NCBI GenBank assembly: GCA_963708185.1
Contig: OY970195.1
Location: 672,001-736,000, forward strand
Direction: 5' to 3'
DNA length: 64,000 nt
DNA from: Candidatus Peregrinibacteria bacterium
GTDB taxonomy: Bacteria > Patescibacteriota > Gracilibacteria > UBA1369
The notes beneath the pieces were generated by a model. It saw only the letters and a list, made by a program, of their open reading frames with translations, was not told the origin of the DNA and ran no database searches. The position numbers were made by a program, and so were the translations under genes. Positions 61,029-64,000 of this stretch are shown here, piece after piece; the first letter of the stretch is position 1; each line of letters begins with the position of its first letter.

Positions 61029-62903
61029 ATGTCTCTAGAAAAGGAAACATTTCTAGAAAATAATCTTCTATTGAAGCTTGCGGCTAAGAGCAGGGAAGAG
61101 ATGAAAGCTCAACTTCAAAAAGCTCAAGACGCATTGAACCAGGGACTCAAGATATTGCCGCCACGCGTGCAGAATCTTTCAACGATGGCCGGGACGGTTG
61201 GGGAAATTTTGGTAGAGTCATCACAGAGTATGGTCCAGGCGGCAATCAGGAAAGTCATCAGAGAGGTTCTTCCTCAACATGAAGAAGCGCGTCATCCATC
61301 AGCCGAGACTCGAACGGAAACCAATCAAGGAAAAAAAATCGTTGTCTGGCTCGTTCATCCGACCAACTACCGGCAGGATGGAACACCCCGCAAATATAAA
61401 AAACAGATTCTTCCTTCCAATGCCATCGGCCAGTTGTGGGCACTGATGCCCCAATCCGTTCCCGACGGGCAGAAAAATGTCCCCGTTGAGCGGCATTTCA
61501 TTGAAGACACCGCCCAGCCTTTTGATATTGATGCCATCGTCCGTTCCATCCAGGGCGATGATGTTAAAGGCATCGTGATGCTCTGCGGGATACAGACCAA
61601 CCAGTGGCCCCGTGCACTGGACCTGGCCTTGCTCTGCCGGCAGCGGGATATTCCGGTGGTGGCTGGCGGTTACCACGTGCGCGCCGACCTCCCTTTTACT
61701 GAAAAACAGGCGGAAGATCTGGGCATATCATTGGCGATCGGCGAAGCGGAATCTCCCGTCCACGACGGACGTCTTTTTCTGGAAGCCATTCTTCAGGATC
61801 TTTGGAACGACGATTTGAAGCCCTCATATCGCCAGCAGGAAAATCCAAACATTGAATCGCAAAAACTGTCCGAGGTTATTCCTGAATACCAGAATCTGAT
61901 GATCAATCCTGCGATGGCCACCATGGAAACCTCGCGAGGTTGTCCTTTGCCCTGCAGTTTTTGCACGATCCGTACCATCGGCGGAACAGAGGTGCGGGCA
62001 AGAACACCGTCGCAAATGAAAGAGTGGCTCCATGAAGTTTATGAAAAACAGGGCATCCGGAGCATCTTTATCACGGACGATAATTTTGCGAGGAGCGACC
62101 AGCGTTTTGAAATCCTGAAAATCCTTGCCGAATTGCGCGAGGACGGATTCCCTCTCAACGCAATGATCCAGGTCGATACCAAGGCAACCTCCGGAAGAAC
62201 GGGGGCTCAGTTCGTCGAGGCCTGTAAAAAAGCTGGCGTGCATGCCGTTTTTCTTGGCATAGAAAGCGTTGATCCCGGAGTGCTCAAAGACATGAACAAA
62301 CCTCAAAATCATCCCGAACGCTACAAAGAGATGATCCACACCTGGCACGGAATCAACGTGCTGACGCAGTGCGGATTCATCATCGGCAACCAGAAAGACA
62401 CCACGGGCGTCGGGAAACGTTCGGCGGAGGCTCTTTTGGACATGGGTATCGATGTTGCGGCGGCGTATGTCCTTACTCCCCTCCCCGGTTCGGTGGATTA
62501 CCACCGCTTCCACCAGCAGGGATTTGTGCATGAAAAAGATTTCAGTCTCTACGACAGCCACTCAGCCGCATGCATTAAATTCCCCGGAGGCCTGTCCCCG
62601 GAGGAGGTCAAAGCAGAGTACGACAGCTTTTACCAAAATTTTTTCGCGTGGAAAAATTTCCCGAGACTTGCGGATCGGCTCCACGATAACACCCTGAGAG
62701 CCGCCACACGTCAGTGGATCTGGTATAAATACGCTTCGAGCCGGGGCGACAATCCGATGTACTCGGGCATGGGGAACATTCCACCCGATTTTGTGCGAGG
62801 GGATTTTCCCGATCAATCGCCGCCGTCCGTCGCCGACCTGGCACCAAAACCTCACGGCCCCGGCTCGCCTCTGCGAGAGAAGAAAAAATTGCAGATTATT
62901 TAA
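61029..62903 (+). CDS. B12-binding-type radical SAM protein
   Basis: SRGCPLPCSFC (CxxxCxxC), FITDDNF, FLGIES, LTPLPGS; N-terminal VVAGGYH domain. Confidence 0.88.
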   Translation: MSLEKETFLENNLLLKLAAKSREEMKAQLQKAQDALNQGLKILPPRVQNLSTMAGTVGEILVESSQSMVQAAIRKVIREVLPQHEEARHPSAETRTETNQGKKIVVWLVHPTNYRQDGTPRKYKKQILPSNAIGQLWALMPQSVPDGQKNVPVERHFIEDTAQPFDIDAIVRSIQGDDVKGIVMLCGIQTNQWPRALDLALLCRQRDIPVVAGGYHVRADLPFTEKQAEDLGISLAIGEAESPVHDGRLFLEAILQDLWNDDLKPSYRQQENPNIESQKLSEVIPEYQNLMINPAMATMETSRGCPLPCSFCTIRTIGGTEVRARTPSQMKEWLHEVYEKQGIRSIFITDDNFARSDQRFEILKILAELREDGFPLNAMIQVDTKATSGRTGAQFVEACKKAGVHAVFLGIESVDPGVLKDMNKPQNHPERYKEMIHTWHGINVLTQCGFIIGNQKDTTGVGKRSAEALLDMGIDVAAAYVLTPLPGSVDYHRFHQQGFVHEKDFSLYDSHSAACIKFPGGLSPEEVKAEYDSFYQNFFAWKNFPRLADRLHDNTLRAATRQWIWYKYASSRGDNPMYSGMGNIPPDFVRGDFPDQSPPSVADLAPKPHGPGSPLREKKKLQII

Positions 62904-62965
62904 AGCAATCCCGGGAACCGGAGGAGGACTGCCCTTTGCGTCGATTTTTTGCTACACTGGGGCTC

Positions 62966-63754
62966 ATGAACACCTCATGGTACTTCAATCCGATCCTCGT
63001 CCAGCTGGGTCCCGTGGCCATTCACTGGTACGGCGTCATGTACGCTTTGGCTTTTGTACTGGGCTATTTTTATCTGCACCGTTCAAAGCACGGCAAAAGC
63101 CTTCCGTTAACGAACGACCAGAAAGATCTTTTCCTGGCGTATATTATCCTTGGAGTGCTGGTCGGCGGACGTCTCGGGTATATTTTGTTCTACAACCTTC
63201 CCTACTATGTGCAAAATCCGCTGAAGATTTTTGCGGTGTGGGAGGGAGGGATGTCTTTCCATGGCGGTGTTCTTGCCATTGCCGCGGTTGTCGTCTGGTT
63301 CAGCAAGAAATACCGTATCAAACTTTTTACGCTTAGTGACGCCGTTTGCGCGATCGCACCGCTGGGGCTTTTGTTCGGGCGCATCGGGAACTTCATCAAC
63401 GGAGAACTCTACGGCAGGATCGCGCCGGCAGGATCGCAACTGTGTTTGTATTTCCCTTCCGATCCGACGAACTGCCGCTATCCTTCACAACTTTTTGAAT
63501 CTTTTTTTGAAGGTCTGGTTCTGTTTACGCTTCTTTATTTCATCCGGAAAAAATATCCCCGATCCGGCGTTGTAACCGTGGCGTTTTTATTCTTTTACGG
63601 CGTCTTCAGGTTTTTCATCGAATTTTTCAGGGAACCCGATCCTCAGATCGGCCTTTTGTTCGGTGGGTTTACCGAAGGACAGCTGCTGTGTTCCGCCATG
63701 ATCATCGCCAGTGTGTTTTTGTGGATTTTCCTGAAAAAGCATCCACGGGACTGA
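62966..63754 (+). CDS. lgt: Prolipoprotein diacylglyceryl transferase
   Basis: HWYG.MY, GGRLGY, GGMSFHGG, GRIGNFINGELYGR, YPSQL. Confidence 0.97.
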   Translation: MNTSWYFNPILVQLGPVAIHWYGVMYALAFVLGYFYLHRSKHGKSLPLTNDQKDLFLAYIILGVLVGGRLGYILFYNLPYYVQNPLKIFAVWEGGMSFHGGVLAIAAVVVWFSKKYRIKLFTLSDAVCAIAPLGLLFGRIGNFINGELYGRIAPAGSQLCLYFPSDPTNCRYPSQLFESFFEGLVLFTLLYFIRKKYPRSGVVTVAFLFFYGVFRFFIEFFREPDPQIGLLFGGFTEGQLLCSAMIIASVFLWIFLKKHPRD

Positions 63755-63907
63755 CATGAAAAGTTTTTATATTTCCAGCTTGCGTTAAATTAAAAAATAT
63801 TTCAGGAATATGGATAGTGCATTTGGCTTCCCTTAGCGGTGTTGAGCCTTTTTGAAGCGCTCAAAATATGCTAAAATAAAAAGATTTAAAAACTAACAAA
63901 AACAAAC

Positions 63908-64000
63908 ATGACAAAACTGTTGAAATTCTTGAACGATGCAAAGGGGTACATCATCGCCGCTGTGATTATTCTGGCTGCAGGAGGTGCTTATGTTTACTTC
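63908..64000 (+). CDS. 5' end of a membrane or secreted protein (truncated by the window)
   Basis: ATG followed by hydrophobic GYIIAAVIILAAGGAYVYF. Confidence 0.55.
   Translation, partial: MTKLLKFLNDAKGYIIAAVIILAAGGAYVYF

Overview
Bacterial chromosomal segment using genetic code 11 (TGA terminates polX, dnaX, cdaA and lgt). Gene content (baseplate-J-like protein, ComF, sortase, PKD/surface proteins, PolX-PHP, CdaA/CdaR) suggests a CPR/Patescibacteria genome, possibly Peregrinibacteria-like; this is inference only. Most of the window is housekeeping or envelope genes (polX, nfo, dnaX, ligA, mnmA, RelA/SpoT, ychF, cdaA/R, lon, DEAD-box helicase, lgt) plus three tRNAs (Val-GAC, Phe-GAA, Gly-GCC). 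Two regions stand out. (1) 41539-42821 is a ~1.25 kb minus-strand unit with no credible ORF, bounded by a near-consensus sigma70 promoter and a terminator. It holds three diverged tandem copies of a ~275-380 nt structured module that I cannot assign to a known RNA family. (2) 49430-56839 is a 7.4 kb serine-recombinase defence island in the 3' end of tRNA-Gly. Its att core lies inside the recombinase's last codons, and it carries an internal, inverted, intact copy of its own attP junction (92 bp + 221 bp inverted repeats). Six single-base frameshifts, four at GGNCC sites, look like sequencing artefacts.
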